Below are positions 42,234 through 55,749 of a stretch of DNA of 64,000 nt, piece after piece. The DNA is from Eledone cirrhosa (taxonomy: Eukaryota), in NCBI GenBank assembly GCA_964016885.1, contig OZ024742.1, positions 3,658,001-3,722,000 of the forward strand, in the 5' to 3' direction. Made by a program: the position numbers and the translations under genes. Under the pieces are notes generated by a model. It saw only the letters and a program-made list of their open reading frames with translations, ran no database searches and had not been told where the DNA came from. The first letter of the stretch is position 1, and the number at the start of each line of letters is the position of its first letter.

Positions 42234-42357
42234 TCCACTGATGAGTTTATAAGAGCCCGCTTGTGTATAAAACTACGGATTATATACAAGTTTCTACATA
42301 AGCTGGAAATTATTTATCCCAATTTGTAGAAATCTTATAACGAAACGGCCGTCTGGA
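42234..42357 (+). ncRNA. Hammerhead ribozyme with four-way branched stem II
   Basis: UCCA-CUGAUGA-GU(U)UAUAAGA..UCUUAUAAC-GAAA-CGGCCG-UC-UGGA; branches CUUGUGUAUAA/UUAUAUACAAG and UUUCUACA/UGUAGAAA. Confidence 0.88.
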
Positions 42358-42535
42358 AAGAAAGAGATATTTATTTAATAATGTCTCATATACAATAATA
42401 CAACCAATTTTCCACGAAATACTGATTCATTAGCAACCCAAACACTAAATTGGGATAATACTTAAGTATATCCTAATGTTTGTTGAGTGAGATGGAATTG
42501 GTCGGAGTATCGCTTAAGGCTTTCTCTGTTTATGT

Positions 42536-42625
<90 letters not shown>

Positions 42626-43206
42626 GTTCAAGGAGACATCAAACAGAGACAGAGAATGTCTTATTAGTTTCACGCTTGATATGGAAAAGAGGAAAGAAAG
42701 TTCGACGGGTCGGGCTTCAGCGCTTCTTGAGTAGTACAAATTAAAAGGAAAAACAGACATAAATGTGGTCTAATATATATATCAAAAATCGCGGAATTGA
42801 GAAAACAATTTGCATTCTCTCCATATTGAAAATATTGCTTGCTGGCTAAATAAAACAGAAAACTAGCAGCAGCAATCTTTTTTTTTATTTCACACAAAAT
42901 TCAATATATTTAGTCATATGCAATGAAGGAAGATCATTTCCAGCATGTCATTTCTCTCTCGTAAATCTTAATTAGATATCCACTGGAAATCATAACGTTG
43001 TCTTTATTGAGAGATATCCAGATTGTATCTTGATGGAATGCAAAGAAATATGTCAAACTTATTTGTTCATTCCTTGCTGGGATAGCGAAACACAATTAAT
43101 TTCACAGTCTATATTAAATTTCAGTTTGATTTAAGGTTCATCATTTTTGCTAAACTTCACGGGTTTTCTTTTTCAAATACCACTATAAATGCATCCACAG
43201 ACCACC

Positions 43207-43282
<76 letters not shown>

Positions 43283-43312
43283 GCATAAACACACATATAT
43301 TATATTATATTA

Positions 43313-43890
43313 CATTATTTGTCACCAAAACTATGTCATCGGCAAATTCAGCATCCGATATCCTTTCCGCCTTAACTCTCCTGCTCTGAGACGGTGCTAC
43401 AGTAAAGCCAGAGTCCTGATGTTTCTCCAGTGCAAGGGGTATACAATAGACCACTACGATGATAAAAAGGTAGGGAGCCAATATATCTCCCTGGAGCACT
43501 CCAGCTAGTATCTCAAAGTACTCTGTCATCCCATCAGTTGTAATGACTTGGGCTTTGGTGTTGGTGTAGAGCAGTGATATCAGGTCCACTATCTACTTGG
43601 GCATTCCATAAGCCTGTAAGATCTTCATTAGGCAGGGACTCAGAGCTGTATGGGAGCCTCCCAAAAGTCAGCTCAATAGTAACACAGAGGAGATTGAGGT
43701 TAGCTGGACATGTTCACCGACATCCAGAGTTGACATTGCACTCAGTGCTCCTGTGGGTGCCCCTACATGGACATACTGGAAGAGGAAGGCCAAGGTTCAC
43801 GTATGTTGATGCCCTAAGGACAGATACTGGTATGTTGGAGACGCAGGAAATGGCATCGATAATGAGGGACAGAGACCTCAGGGAGAGAAT
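43313..43890. mobile_element. RTE-clade LINE fragment with 5' inversion
   Basis: Minus 43313-43631: AYG.P, GVLQGDILAPYLF, FADDI; plus 43632-43890: RRLRLAGHVHRH..GRGRPRFTYVD. Confidence 0.85.
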
Positions 43891-44105
43891 TCATCCATGG
43901 ATCTCGGGAATTTTACCCGGCCTAGAAAATATTACATTATATATATTGGACTAAAAGCAGGGAACAAAAAGCATTACTAGAGTTTCAAGGTACGGCTCTT
44001 TGTTCCGTGTATGAACAAAACTAAATAATATATCAGCTCTCATACCAGATTGAGCATTGTCTTCCCTTTTCCCTCTTTTTCACAGTCACTGATTTTTTAC
44101 TACAT

Positions 44106-44216
<111 letters not shown>

Positions 44217-44218
44217 TA

Positions 44219-44685
44219 TTGTTATGCTTTGGGAGGGTCATGTTGCCAATAAGAAACACACGCACAAGTTTCTTTCACTCCAATTTATTATAAATTAAGT
44301 TTATAAATTTAAGAATTTATAAATTTCCGGTTGGTTGGTTGGTTGGTTCCACAACCGGACGGTTGTTCATATATTGTCAAAGTTCTTTCGTCACACATTC
44401 TGTGACCTCTTCAGTGACTGGGGATTCTTTTCTTTGTTTTGTGCCTCTATGAAGAGGTCACAGAATGTGTGACGAAAGAACTTTGACAATATAAGAACGA
44501 CCGTCCGGTTGTGGAACCAACCAACCAACAGGAAATTTATAAATTCTTAAATTTATAAATTTAATTTATAATAAATTGGAGTGAAAGCAACTGGTGCTTG
44601 TGTTTCTCCCAAAGCATAACAATATCGGTTTCAACACACGTTTTCAGATAAAGAATCTTGCTAAACAAATTCAGAAACGAAATAT
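44219..44685. mobile_element. Fold-back pLTR fragment of a PLE related to 45451-50554, with HHR at 44376-44418 (-)
   Basis: Inverted arms; GUCA-CUGAAGA-G-GUCACA/UGUGAC-GAAA-GAAC-UU-UGAC; the arms together encode MTLPKHNNIGFNTRFQIKNLAK. Confidence 0.75.
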
Positions 44686-44740
44686 ATATATATATTAATA
44701 ATAAATGTGAGGACTAAAATCCGAAGAGAGCTCGATAAGG

Positions 44741-44848
<108 letters not shown>

Positions 44849-45073
44849 CGTAGAGCAAATATGTATTCTTTTTTTAAACTATAATCTGTACTCATAATTT
44901 TTTTTTTCGCTTAAATCTGCTCCCATAAAAACAAGTCTATCCGATCGATTTTTAAGTCTCTCATAGGGTTACTGCCTTGATAATGGGGTCGTTATCTTGG
45001 CAATTTAACTTTCTCCATGCGCAATGTGTTGGTCTTCAAAATTTAAATTTGCGTTTCATATATGTATATATAC

Positions 45074-45173
<100 letters not shown>

Positions 45174-45180
45174 ACATATA

Positions 45181-45257
<77 letters not shown>

Positions 45258-45414
45258 ATATATGTATATATATATATGAAGGAACCAAATAAATATATAT
45301 ATTTTTTTTTAAATAAGACTCCAGTTGCATTTTCGATTTCAACTTTTTTTTCTTTATACTTTCACTCGTGTAGGATACCTCGGTTATTTTTCATTTTGTA
45401 AAACAAACCCTCAC

Positions 45415-45456
<42 letters not shown>

Positions 45457-45945
45457 ATACTTGGGGAGGGTCATATTTGTGTAATATTGCCAGAATTAAT
45501 AACAGAACACACTCACTGTTTGGTTGGTTTTCGCTTCTCGCTTCTGTGTCTTTCATATCGGTAATCTAACTTACTCGGTCCTCAATGTTGCCATTGACTG
45601 ACCGACGGTCAAAAATAATACAGATACAATATAGACACAAACACATATATATAGTTTATCATAAATCTTTCGTTGCACATCTGCAACATCGTCAGTGGTG
45701 TTATAGTTTCCTCCTGTTGTATTGTATGTCTACGCCATTTTTATTCAGTCTGTCTATATATTTATTTATTTATTTGCTTGTTTGTTTATTTTATTTTGTC
45801 TTCTTTGCGCATGCGTTTGCGTGTGTGTATAGTGTTTTGTTTGCTGTGTGATGGGTGACTAGTGTGTGTTTATGTGCTTGTTGTTATTGTGCTTGTGTAA
45901 GTATTTATTTATTTAATATTTATTTATTTTATTTTATTTACTTAT

Positions 45946-48800
45946 TTATACTTCTCTTAGGTCAGTGTTGTTTGTTTGGGTGTTGTTGTTATTCCATTCA
46001 TTCTTTCTGTTTAGTCTTGGTCTTCTAATTTCTATTTCACTGGCCTCTCTGATTTGCCTATCTGCTGGGTCATTTCTATGTTTAGATATTATTCTAATTT
46101 CTATGTTGTCTATGTTGCCGTCATGTTGTTGTCTAGCATGTTCGTATAGTACTGACCTGTTTTTTCGTCCTTTTAGTCCCCCCCCCCCCCCAGTGTTGGT
46201 CTATCCTTTCACCTATGCTACGAGCTGTCTCACCTATGTATGTTGTTGTCATGTTTCTGCAAGTACCCTCTGTACATCTTTTGCTATAGACTACGTTTCT
46301 AGTTTTACAGTTTATCCGGGGGTTTACCTTACATATGATACATTTCCTATTGGTACAGTGGGTTTTCTTAAAAGGGTACGTTTTGCTGATCAGGGATTTT
46401 ATGGTGGTTCCTGGATTTTCTACCACCTTAATTTTTACGTAGGTCTTTCTCAGGGCCTTTCTACACTGGTTAGCCTATTTCCCTCCAGGGGTAGCGTCCA
46501 CAAACATGACACTCTGGTATCTCTGGTTGTCGTACCATGAGGTGGCTTTCCCTATCTTATGTCTAGCCCTATCTAAGCTATTCCATGATTTGCTCCTGTA
46601 TAATGGGCAAATTCCTTTCATGTCCAGTTCTATGAGGGTCTTATACTTCTCCATGGCTCCTTCGTATACTCTGACTCTGTCTCTTTGGTTGTAGCCAGAG
46701 AACTGAATGCGGTTGATGAAGTGTTGGATGTGTCTTTCCATTTCTGTTGGGTCGCACATGCGGGACACATTCTTCATCACTCATACCAAATCTGCGATCA
46801 GAATATTAAACTTAGCACTACTGGACATTGCTGAGTTTTTGAGTATTAGGTAGTTGGAGGCCATGGGTTTAGCATAGTGTGAGTGGAGAATTTGGGCTCT
46901 CTCGTCTATAGTGTTAATCCAGAGTTCTGTGTCGTCTATTGTTAGTCTAGGTAGTCTATTGTTAGGATGTTTGGAAGGGAAGTCGATAGTTACAGTTATA
47001 CTCTGGTGTATGGAATTAGCTATCTGCTGGATGCTTTCCATCGTGCTACGTTCTAAATCAAACTTGTTAGTGCTCTCTAGTGGGGATGTTCTTATAACTA
47101 TATTGATATCGTCTACATAACGAGAGTACATGATGAGGTCTATGGAGCTCTCATTAATGAGATCTTTAAGTCTCCTTTTCCACCATACCATGAAAAGGTT
47201 GGCAACATCACCAGCTATGCTGACACCAATGGCTGCTCCCTCATTTTGGGTGTAGATCTTCTCGTTGAACTTAAATATGTGGCCCTTTAGGGTAGTTTTG
47301 ATACTAGCCCCTATTGCATGTGCGACCATTTTTCTTACCTGATCATTGTTTTGGGGGGTCCGTATAGCTTTGATCCACCCAATCCACCTTCCCATGGGAG
47401 TCTTTTTTGCCATTGAGGTTATGGTGGGGGGTCTACCTCTTATAGGTCCACTAGGGAAGAAACGTCTAAGGTCATGGCTGTCTAGGTAGTCAGTGTCGTA
47501 GGTAAGTCTAAGTAGGAGGCCCAGTTCGTCTGTGTCGACGTCGCAGAACTCCACCTCACTCTCAATGAGCATCTCCACACATCTTTTCACAGCAAAATCA
47601 ATGTTAATGGATGGGTACAGTGACACCACATCCATGCTGCCTATTATGCAGTTTGATAGGTTCCTGTTTTTGTTGCACTCACTGATTCTGCTGAGGAGGT
47701 CCTCTGTACTGTCACATACATCTGGGGACATCTTGAATATGGGGCGTATAACCATTGAGAGGAAGTAGGAGATCCTGTAGTTACTAGCTACATTAACTCC
47801 GCATACGGGTCTTGTTGGTGGTCTTTGCGGAGCCCATACAAGGGTGTTATGCCATTGTTAGACGACTGGAAGTTGTTGGCAGTGCGTCTGCTTGGCTTTA
47901 GCATGTCAGTCCACATCATCATGTGAGCGTTGAGGATTTTCTCTCTCCCATCGTGTGTTTGTTGTGCAATTTCGCTCGTGTTGGTGATGTGGGGTTGCAT
48001 AGCCTCGATGTAGTTCGGCATGCTATCTATTGATATCCTACCAGACTTATCCGTGGGTAGACACACTACCTCACCATCCCTTGTGCGCTGCTTGAGGCTA
48101 ACCAAGCCTTCTACAGGTTTCCTCCCAAGTTGTTGGGCCTCTGGTCTGCTCTGTCTCTTAGTATACCTGTCTACTATTTGTCTAATCTTATTTCTAGCTA
48201 TGGTGAACTGTGCCTCTGTCTCGTCATCTATTTGTTGTGCAAACTCTTTTATTAAAGGGTAACCTCGTAGGATAGATATTACCCATCTTATATGTTTTAT
48301 CAGCTGGGTTGAAAAATAGTTTCTCTAAGGGGTTGTCATTATATCTATCGTCATAGTTGTGTGTGTTGCTATTATTGTTATCATGGTGGTTGTTGTTGTT
48401 TCTATCATTAGCATTATTATTATTGTTATGATTGCTAGATGTATTGTTGTTTACTTCACCGTTATTGTTGTTGTTACTGTTATTTCTACCATTGTGGTTG
48501 TTACTTTTATTATGTTTCTTGTTTTTGTTGTGTCTATCATTGATGTTGCTACATGTACTATTTCCATTATTACCACTATGGTTATTGTTGTTGTTGTTCG
48601 TATTGTTACTGTTATTACTACTGTGGTCGCTGCTGCTGTGTCTGTGGTTAATGTTTCTATTATTATTATTATTGTGGTTGTTGTTCTGTCTATCGTTAGT
48701 ATTATTACCATTATTACTATTTCTCACTTTCCTGCTATTGTTATTGTTATGGCTGTTATTTCTATACTCAGAGTTATTGTTTATATTACTACTACCGTTA

Positions 48801-48831
<31 letters not shown>

Positions 48832-49569
48832 CCTTTGCATTCCAACGTATTTTTGTGAAACACTTTTCCAGCTCCGTTTTGCACTCCATAGGGTTAATCT
48901 TTTTGTAGATGGCAAATTATGGTGCTAGCTGCAGGATTTGTTGTTCTTGTTCACTGATTAAAGTGTTCCCATAAATATTTACTGTGTGGCCATTGGTAAA
49001 TTCTTCCGGTAGTTCTACATCAGTCATACGGATATTGTTGATGTTATCTGGGTATTTTTGAGAATATTCTATTTTCCTTTCTTGTAGTTTTTTCTTATTC
49101 ATCCATTCTAATTTCTTATTGAAATGCCTATTGCATTCGTTTCGGGCGTATTTCGTTTCACGTCGGATGACGCTCATGAAGTTATCCCTCTCGTTTGGTG
49201 TGGTGAGATTTCGGACTTCCTTACCGTTAATGCATTTCTGTCTGTAAAGTTCGTTGACTTTTGTGTATGTTGTTCTTTTCATATTAACTGTTATTGTGTG
49301 TTTTAGTCGTTCAGCTTGTGTTTTGTTCAATAATAAATTATTTACTTGTTTTGATATGTTTGTTGTGTATATTTTGGAGGAAACGCAGTGTTTTAAGAAG
49401 CGGATTTGTTCTGTTGTTATTGTAGTTTTTATATAACAGAAAACAGTGTCTTTCAATAACCTTTCAGCTTTGCACAAGCTAATGCCATAGCGGCGATGAA
49501 TTAGTTTTGCGAGGTTTTTTATATGAAATCGATGTCGAAACAAATATTGTTATACTTGGGGAGGGTCAT
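45946..49569 (-). pseudogene. Disrupted PLE ORF: long N-terminus, Asn/His-rich insert, RT, Cys linker, GIY-YIG
   Basis: PTDKSG, LYGLRKDH, SMDVVSLYPSI, GAAIGVSIAG, RYVDDIN, HYAKPMAS, CTNRKCIIC, NVVY..YIGETARS..ER..QH; several stops and frameshifts. Confidence 0.9.
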
Positions 49570-50246
49570 ATTTGTGTAATATTGCCAGAATTAATAACAG
49601 AACACACTCACTGTTTGGTTGTATTCGCTTTTCGCTTCTGTGTCTTTTATATCGGTAATCTAACTTAATCTAACTTACTAGTGTGTGTTTATGTGCTTGT
49701 TGTTATTGTGCTTGTTTATGTATTTATAGGTGAGACAGCTCGTAGCATAGGTGAAAGGATAGACCAACACTGGGGGGAACTAAAAGGACGAAAAAACGGG
49801 TCAGTACTATACGAACATGCTAGACAACAACATGACGGTAACATAGACAACATAGAAATTAGAATAATATCTAAACATAGAAATGACCCAGCAGATAGGC
49901 AAATCAGAGAGGCCAGTGAAATAGAAATTAGAAGACCAAGACTAAACAGAAAGAATGAATGGAATAACAACACCCAAACAAACAACACTGACCTAAGAGA
50001 AGTATAAATAAGTAAATAAAATAAAATAAATAAATAAATAAATACATACACAAGCACAATAACAACAAGCACATAAACACACACTAGTCACCCATCACAC
50101 AGCAAACAAAACACTATACACACACGCAAACGCATGCGCAAAGAAGACAAAATAAAATAAACAAACAAGCAAATAAATAAATAAATATATAGACAGACTG
50201 AATAAAAATGGCGTAGACATACAATACAACAGGAGGAAACGATAAC

Positions 50247-50288
50247 ACCACTGACGATGTTGCAGATGTGCAACGAAAGATTTATGAT
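50247..50288 (+). ncRNA. Minimal hammerhead ribozyme
   Basis: CA-CUGACGA-U-GUUGCA GAUG UGCAAC-GAAA-GAUU-UA-UG; weak stem I. Confidence 0.65.
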
Positions 50289-50566
50289 AAACTATATATA
50301 TGTGTTTGTGTCTATATTGTATCTGTATTATTTTTGACCGTCGGTCAGTCAATGGCAACATTGAGGACCCAGTAAGTTAGATTACCGATATAAAAGACAC
50401 AGAAGCGAGAAGCGAAAACCAACCAAACAGTGAGTGTGTTCTGTTATTAATTCTGGCAATATTACACAAATATGACCCTCCCCAAGTATAACAATATTTG
50501 TTTCGACACACGATTTCATATAAAAAAACCTCGCAAAACTAATTCATCGCCGCTATATATATATAT

Positions 50567-51209
50567 AAGAATTGGTGCTCTGAAATATATATATATATAT
50601 GAATGTATATATAATGTATTTGGCAATACACTGTATGCCTAATTAAAAGCATTTCGAAGACCTTATGCTATTGTTTTAGAGTTGTGATAGTCTCCCTTAC
50701 TTTAATTTTCAGCAAACAGGGAAGATAAAGCCGACAGAGCCATGTTTCGCATTTGTTGATGCTTATCAAGGCTAACTACTCCTCCTGTTTGCTGAAAATT
50801 ATGGATGTTTGATTCTTATAGAATTCTAGTAAATAATCAGGAACTGATTATACAGAGCGGTTGCCGGTCAAGCAGAAATTGAAAATTAGAATTGGTGCTC
50901 TGAAATAGCTATATATATATGAATGTATATATAGTGTATTTTGCAATACACTGTATGCTTAATTAAAAGCATTTCGAAGATCTTATGCTATTGTTTTAGA
51001 GTAATGACAGTCTCACTTACTTTAATTTTCAGCAAACAGGGAGATAAAGCATCAACAAATCCGAAACATGGCTCTGTCGGCTTTATCTCCCCTGTTTGCT
51101 GAAAATTAAAGTAAGTGAGACTATTACTACTCTAAAACAATAGTATAAGGTCTTCGAAATGCTTTTAACTAAGCATACAGTGTATTGCAATATGCACTAT
51201 ATATATACA

Positions 51210-51215
<6 letters not shown>
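50567..51215 (-). mobile_element. Retrozyme-like ~320-nt tandem unit with inverted end
   Basis: 50711 repeats at 51031; 51047-51215 inverted; related to 55096-55740. Confidence 0.78.
50729..50773 (-). ncRNA. Hammerhead ribozyme, U3-A8 core variant
   Basis: AGCC-UUGAUAA-GCAU CAACAA AUGC-GAAA-CA..UG-UC-GGCU. Confidence 0.75.
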
Positions 51216-51268
<53 letters not shown>

Positions 51269-51270
<2 letters not shown>

Positions 51271-51536
51271 GATATTAACAAATGGAAACTATATTTATAA
51301 AACCATATTTATTTCAAGGACACCAAATTAAATTATGGTGTGCTTTCATCAGATAAAATATAATATAGATCAGTTTTATAAATAAATATTGACATACCCT
51401 TAAAAAATGCAACCATTACTGTTGGAAGCTCCCGGATAGTGGAGTTGTTTAATTATATTATTATTAGTATTGGATATTTTTATTTTTAAAATAAGCCGTT
51501 GGGTTACAGAGAAAGAAAAAGATGAAGGAGAGAGAG

Positions 51537-51613
<77 letters not shown>

Positions 51614-52670
51614 AAAACAACAGAGAGAGAAAGATATATAGAGAGAGGGGAGACAGAGAGAAGGGGAGAGAGCGAAAAACTCTAAGTCATGTCTTGTTGA
51701 GTTAACTTATAAATTGAAATGAAATGAATAAATAAAATTAGAAATGTTAATAATCATGAATGGAATATACATATATAATATGAGAAATTAACCATTGTTT
51801 AAATATGATTAGATGTTTAGTTAATCATTTAAAAATTGAGATCAATATATTAAAAACTGGGATCTATAAATTAAGAAATCCATATATTACTAGAGAACTA
51901 CATATCATATAACACGTATACACACGCAAAAATACATATAAATATATATACACACTTATAAAATACATAACATATCTAACTACGTATATAATATATACAC
52001 ACAAAGCATAAAGGATTCTTTAATTTAATTTAAGATATAGGAATCTTTAAAATGTTATAATTGTTAAGATATTAAAGGAAATTTTATGTTATACACACTT
52101 TATGTTATTAAACAAAATCTTTTTATATAAGTTTTATAAGATTATTATGTATTTATGGCTGTTATTATATGTCTATATGTCACGAATCTTGGGATAATCA
52201 CTATACATAAGTGCAATCAAATTGTATGGATATACACGCAAATGTACATACACAATTCTCACATATATATATATATACATGTGTGTGTACCCTCAGCCAA
52301 TAGGTAGATATGCATCACGTATACATATACATACAGACATACATACATTGATAAAAATGCATGAAATATATGTACATGTATGTCAATACACACATATACA
52401 TATATACTCACATATAGAGAGAAGTATACATCAATACAGTACATAGTATAATTGAGTACATAAAATACAAAAGAATTATATTACAATTTGGAAATATAAT
52501 TATAAGCAATATAACTTTAAAAGTAATACAATTTTAAAATATTATAGAATATTTAAGTTATAATTTCAAAATAATGGTATGTTTAATAGATTTAGTATAG
52601 AAATTTATCTTACGTATATTTAACTCAAAATTTTGAAAGGATAAACTTTCGAAAATAGGAGAAGCTATCA
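51269..52670 (-). mobile_element. Naiad-family 3' fragment with partly deleted HHR
   Basis: Shared terminal module at 51269-51400, nearly identical to 63841-64000; far boundary uncertain. Confidence 0.6.
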
Positions 52671-54387
52671 GATATATATATATATATTTAGTGTGCTATA
52701 GAATATAACTATCGATGGCTATATATACAATATATTTCTGAACACAAGAAGACGGATCCATTATTGGGATTTTCCGGAGAGATCCACTGAAATTAACTTC
52801 TGTAAATCAGACACACTGATTTGCACATATAAAGAATTCTTGGTAATTCATTTTGATTAATAAAGGAGTAATTTTAATATTCTAGTAAAGACTATATACA
52901 GGGATTTTTGCTATCACTGTCTTTTACAGAGATAGAGATAGAGAGAGAGAGAGATAGAGAGAGTGAGAGAGAGAGAAAGAGAGTGAGAGAGAGAGTGAGA
53001 GAGAGAGAAAGAGACTGAGAGAGAGATGCAAAAACACCTTGGTTTTATGTGAAAAAGGGAAACTTGATTAATTTCAATAAAGTGTTAAAATTTCATGAGC
53101 GACCAAGAGCTTTTTGTAACTGTCCACTAATATATTGCTTATAAGCGTACAATTACTGAGGATATTGAATAAAATAAGCTATATACACTCTTAACAATGA
53201 ACATACATTACATCTCGGAAATATTTTCAAGAAAGAGTTTTTATGTGTGCGTGTGTGTGTCTGTGTCGGTGTGTGTGTCTCAGTGGATGTGTGTGTGTAT
53301 GTCTGTGTGTGTGTGTGTGCGTGTATCTGTCTGTGCATATGTATGTGTGTGTGTGGGGGGGGGGGGGGGGGTGTCTGTCTGTATGTGTGAGTTCCTTTCT
53401 ATCTCAAGTATCTCTACGTAAGGAATCCTCAGGCAATACAAGCTGTGTTAAAAAAAAATGATTATTGACTTCATTTTACCGTGAGGTATGTTCTATTGTA
53501 TAAAACTATTACACTATCAAAGAGGGAAAAACAAAAAATTAAAAAAATGTCCAAGTTACTTATCAGAAAGTTTTTCTATTAAAGTTGCTGTTGAATTCTG
53601 TCTGAATATATCCAATGATTAGATAAAAATAAAATTGGAATCCGCTAACTGACGCACATTGATGAAAATATAAAAGTTGTATATAAATTGTGTAAGTATG
53701 TATGTATATATATATCACCGCTGGCTGAGCTAGCCTTATGTTCATGATATATATTTAAATAGCTTTCTCTACATTTGTTATTCTAACATTAATCAATATG
53801 TAATTTACGTCACGTGTCTTCATTCATTTACTTTTTTCTCAATTAATTTGAACGTTGATTCAATAGAAGGCTGAAACCTGAAGAAACGACATAGAAAAGA
53901 CGTTGATCATAGAAAAACATGATACAAATAAATATGTCAAAAAACATTACACTCTCAATCTGATCGTTATTGAAAATCAAAGTTTGTAATTTCCAAATTG
54001 ATAGGAAAATTATATTACATGCCTAGTAATGTGAAAAAATGGATTGAAAGACAACAGGACATATATTTGCAAATCGCAGCTACACCGTTAAATCAGGGGC
54101 CCACTTGTGGAGGGAGCATGTGAGGTGGAGTGGCTGTTTCAGTCGCTATCTCTGGCCAGGCACGGTGGTGATTCCTTTACCATTCTGTGGCTGCAGCACC
54201 GCCCATATTGGGCTGTAATGCCTCTACCTCCTCCTCGCTCTTTCATTGCTTCATATTTTTTTCTTTTATATTTTTGTTGTTGTTTTATTTTCCCATAAAA
54301 TAACGTGATTTGTTTTGTATAAACAGCTTTATTAAAATAAGAATCGAAGGTGCCGCAGGCATAAGACCTCCTCTAACACTTGCTTCA

Positions 54388-54655
54388 TAACACAGCTATC
54401 CGCAAAGAAGGACTGGGAATACAATTAGCACACTCCGGCCCTTCTTTGCGTGGATACCTGTCTCAAAAGCATTCCAGAGACAACAACAATCAATGCTCGC
54501 TGAGTAATTGCCCTATCCGCAATACAGGTATGTGCCAGCGGACACATGTGGTATACCGGATTGAATGCAACAAATGTAAGTTCTACATTGGTAGCACGAC
54601 TTGAGCACTTCACACTCGCATTAAAGAACACCTCAACACACACGCATCCACATTA
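54388..54655 (+). pseudogene. PLE linker + GIY-YIG fragment related to 5640-6795
   Basis: AIRKEGLGIQLAHSGPSL..CSLSNCPIR..CQRTHVVYRIECNKCKFYIGSTT*ALHTRIKEH. Confidence 0.85.
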
Positions 54656-54998
54656 AAAAAATAAAATAAGGTTGTACGCAAAACCATTATTTCACTTTGT
54701 CAGTGAAGTTATTAAGTCACGCATGAATACGAGTAAAATATATTTCTCTACGTCGCTTCATGCTTAGGTTGTTCGGCTTACGATCAGGGCCGTAAGTTTT
54801 ATTTCTGGTTGTGCTGTGTGTCTTTGAGAAAAACAATATATTTCCTGTTTGTCCAGGTGGAATGTCTACTGAATGAAACTTTGTTTCAAACTGAATTACA
54901 CCGAACACTGGTAAGTTCAGCAGCAGGCTGTTTCCTGGTTTGATCAACTGTATCATTCGTCAATGTTCTAACACGCACATACAAACAAACAAATGTAC

Positions 54999-55056
<58 letters not shown>

Positions 55057-55095
55057 AATTTGAAGACTAATATCGAAAGAGGGCTCGATTTTTTC

Positions 55096-55740
55096 CGCAA
55101 ACAATGGGAGATAAGCTGAGAGATCTCTGTTTAGTACAGTTGGTACTCCTCACAGCTTAGCACTACCTTTGCCTGCTGAAAATTATGAGTGTTTGATTCT
55201 TATAGATTTCCAGTAATAATCAGGAACTGATTATACAGAGCGGTTGCCGATCCAGCAAAAATTGAAAATTAGAATTGGTGCTCTGAAATAGCGATATATA
55301 TATGAATGTATATATAGTGTATTTTGCAATACACTGTACCTCCCTTTGTTTGCTGAAAAAAGAAGTAAGTAACATACTCACTACTTTAAAACAATAGCGT
55401 AAGATCTTCAAAAGGCTTTTAATTAAGCATACAGTGTATTTCATAGCACCAATTCTAATTTTCAATTTTTGCTGGACTGGCAACCGCTCTGTATAATCAG
55501 TTCCTGATTATTACTGGAATTCTATAAGAATCCAACATTCATAATTTTCAGCAGGCAAAGGGTGTACTAAGCTCTGAGGAGTACCAACAGTACGAAACAG
55601 AGATCTGTCAACTTATCTCCCTTTGTTTGCTGAAAATAGAAGTAAGTGACATAGTCACTACTTTAAAATAATAGCGTCTGGTCTTCAAAATGCTTTTAAT
55701 TAAGCATACAGTGTATTGCAAAATACACTATATATACATA
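55096..55740 (+). mobile_element. ~320-nt retrozyme-like family, inverted plus forward copies; HHR at 55569-55614
   Basis: AAGCU-CUGAGGA-GUAC CAACA GUAC-GAAA-CAGA GA UCUG-UC-A(A/G)CUU; decayed copy at ~55112-55158 (-). Confidence 0.8.
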
Positions 55741-55749
55741 TATATATAT

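Larger units (their letters stand above)
45451..50554 (-). mobile_element. Large PLE (Neptune/Nematis-like) with partial 5' direct pLTR (49545-49680) and inverted 3' copy (49728-50554)
   Basis: 45451-45575 repeats at 49545-49675; the inverted copy covers the GIY-YIG end and pLTR; HHRs at 45658-45699 (-) and 50247-50288 (+); (AT)n flanks. Confidence 0.9.

Noticed and set aside
46781-46783. In-frame TGA in the large PLE as selenocysteine
   Set aside because: It falls at an expected Arg (LV*VMKN) in an ORF that also has TAA/TAG stops and frameshifts, so it is decay.
54857-54910. Possible 54-bp host exon (VECLLNETLFQTELHRTL) with good AG/GTAAGT sites
   Set aside because: No recognisable homology and no phase-compatible neighbouring exon; needs RNA-seq.
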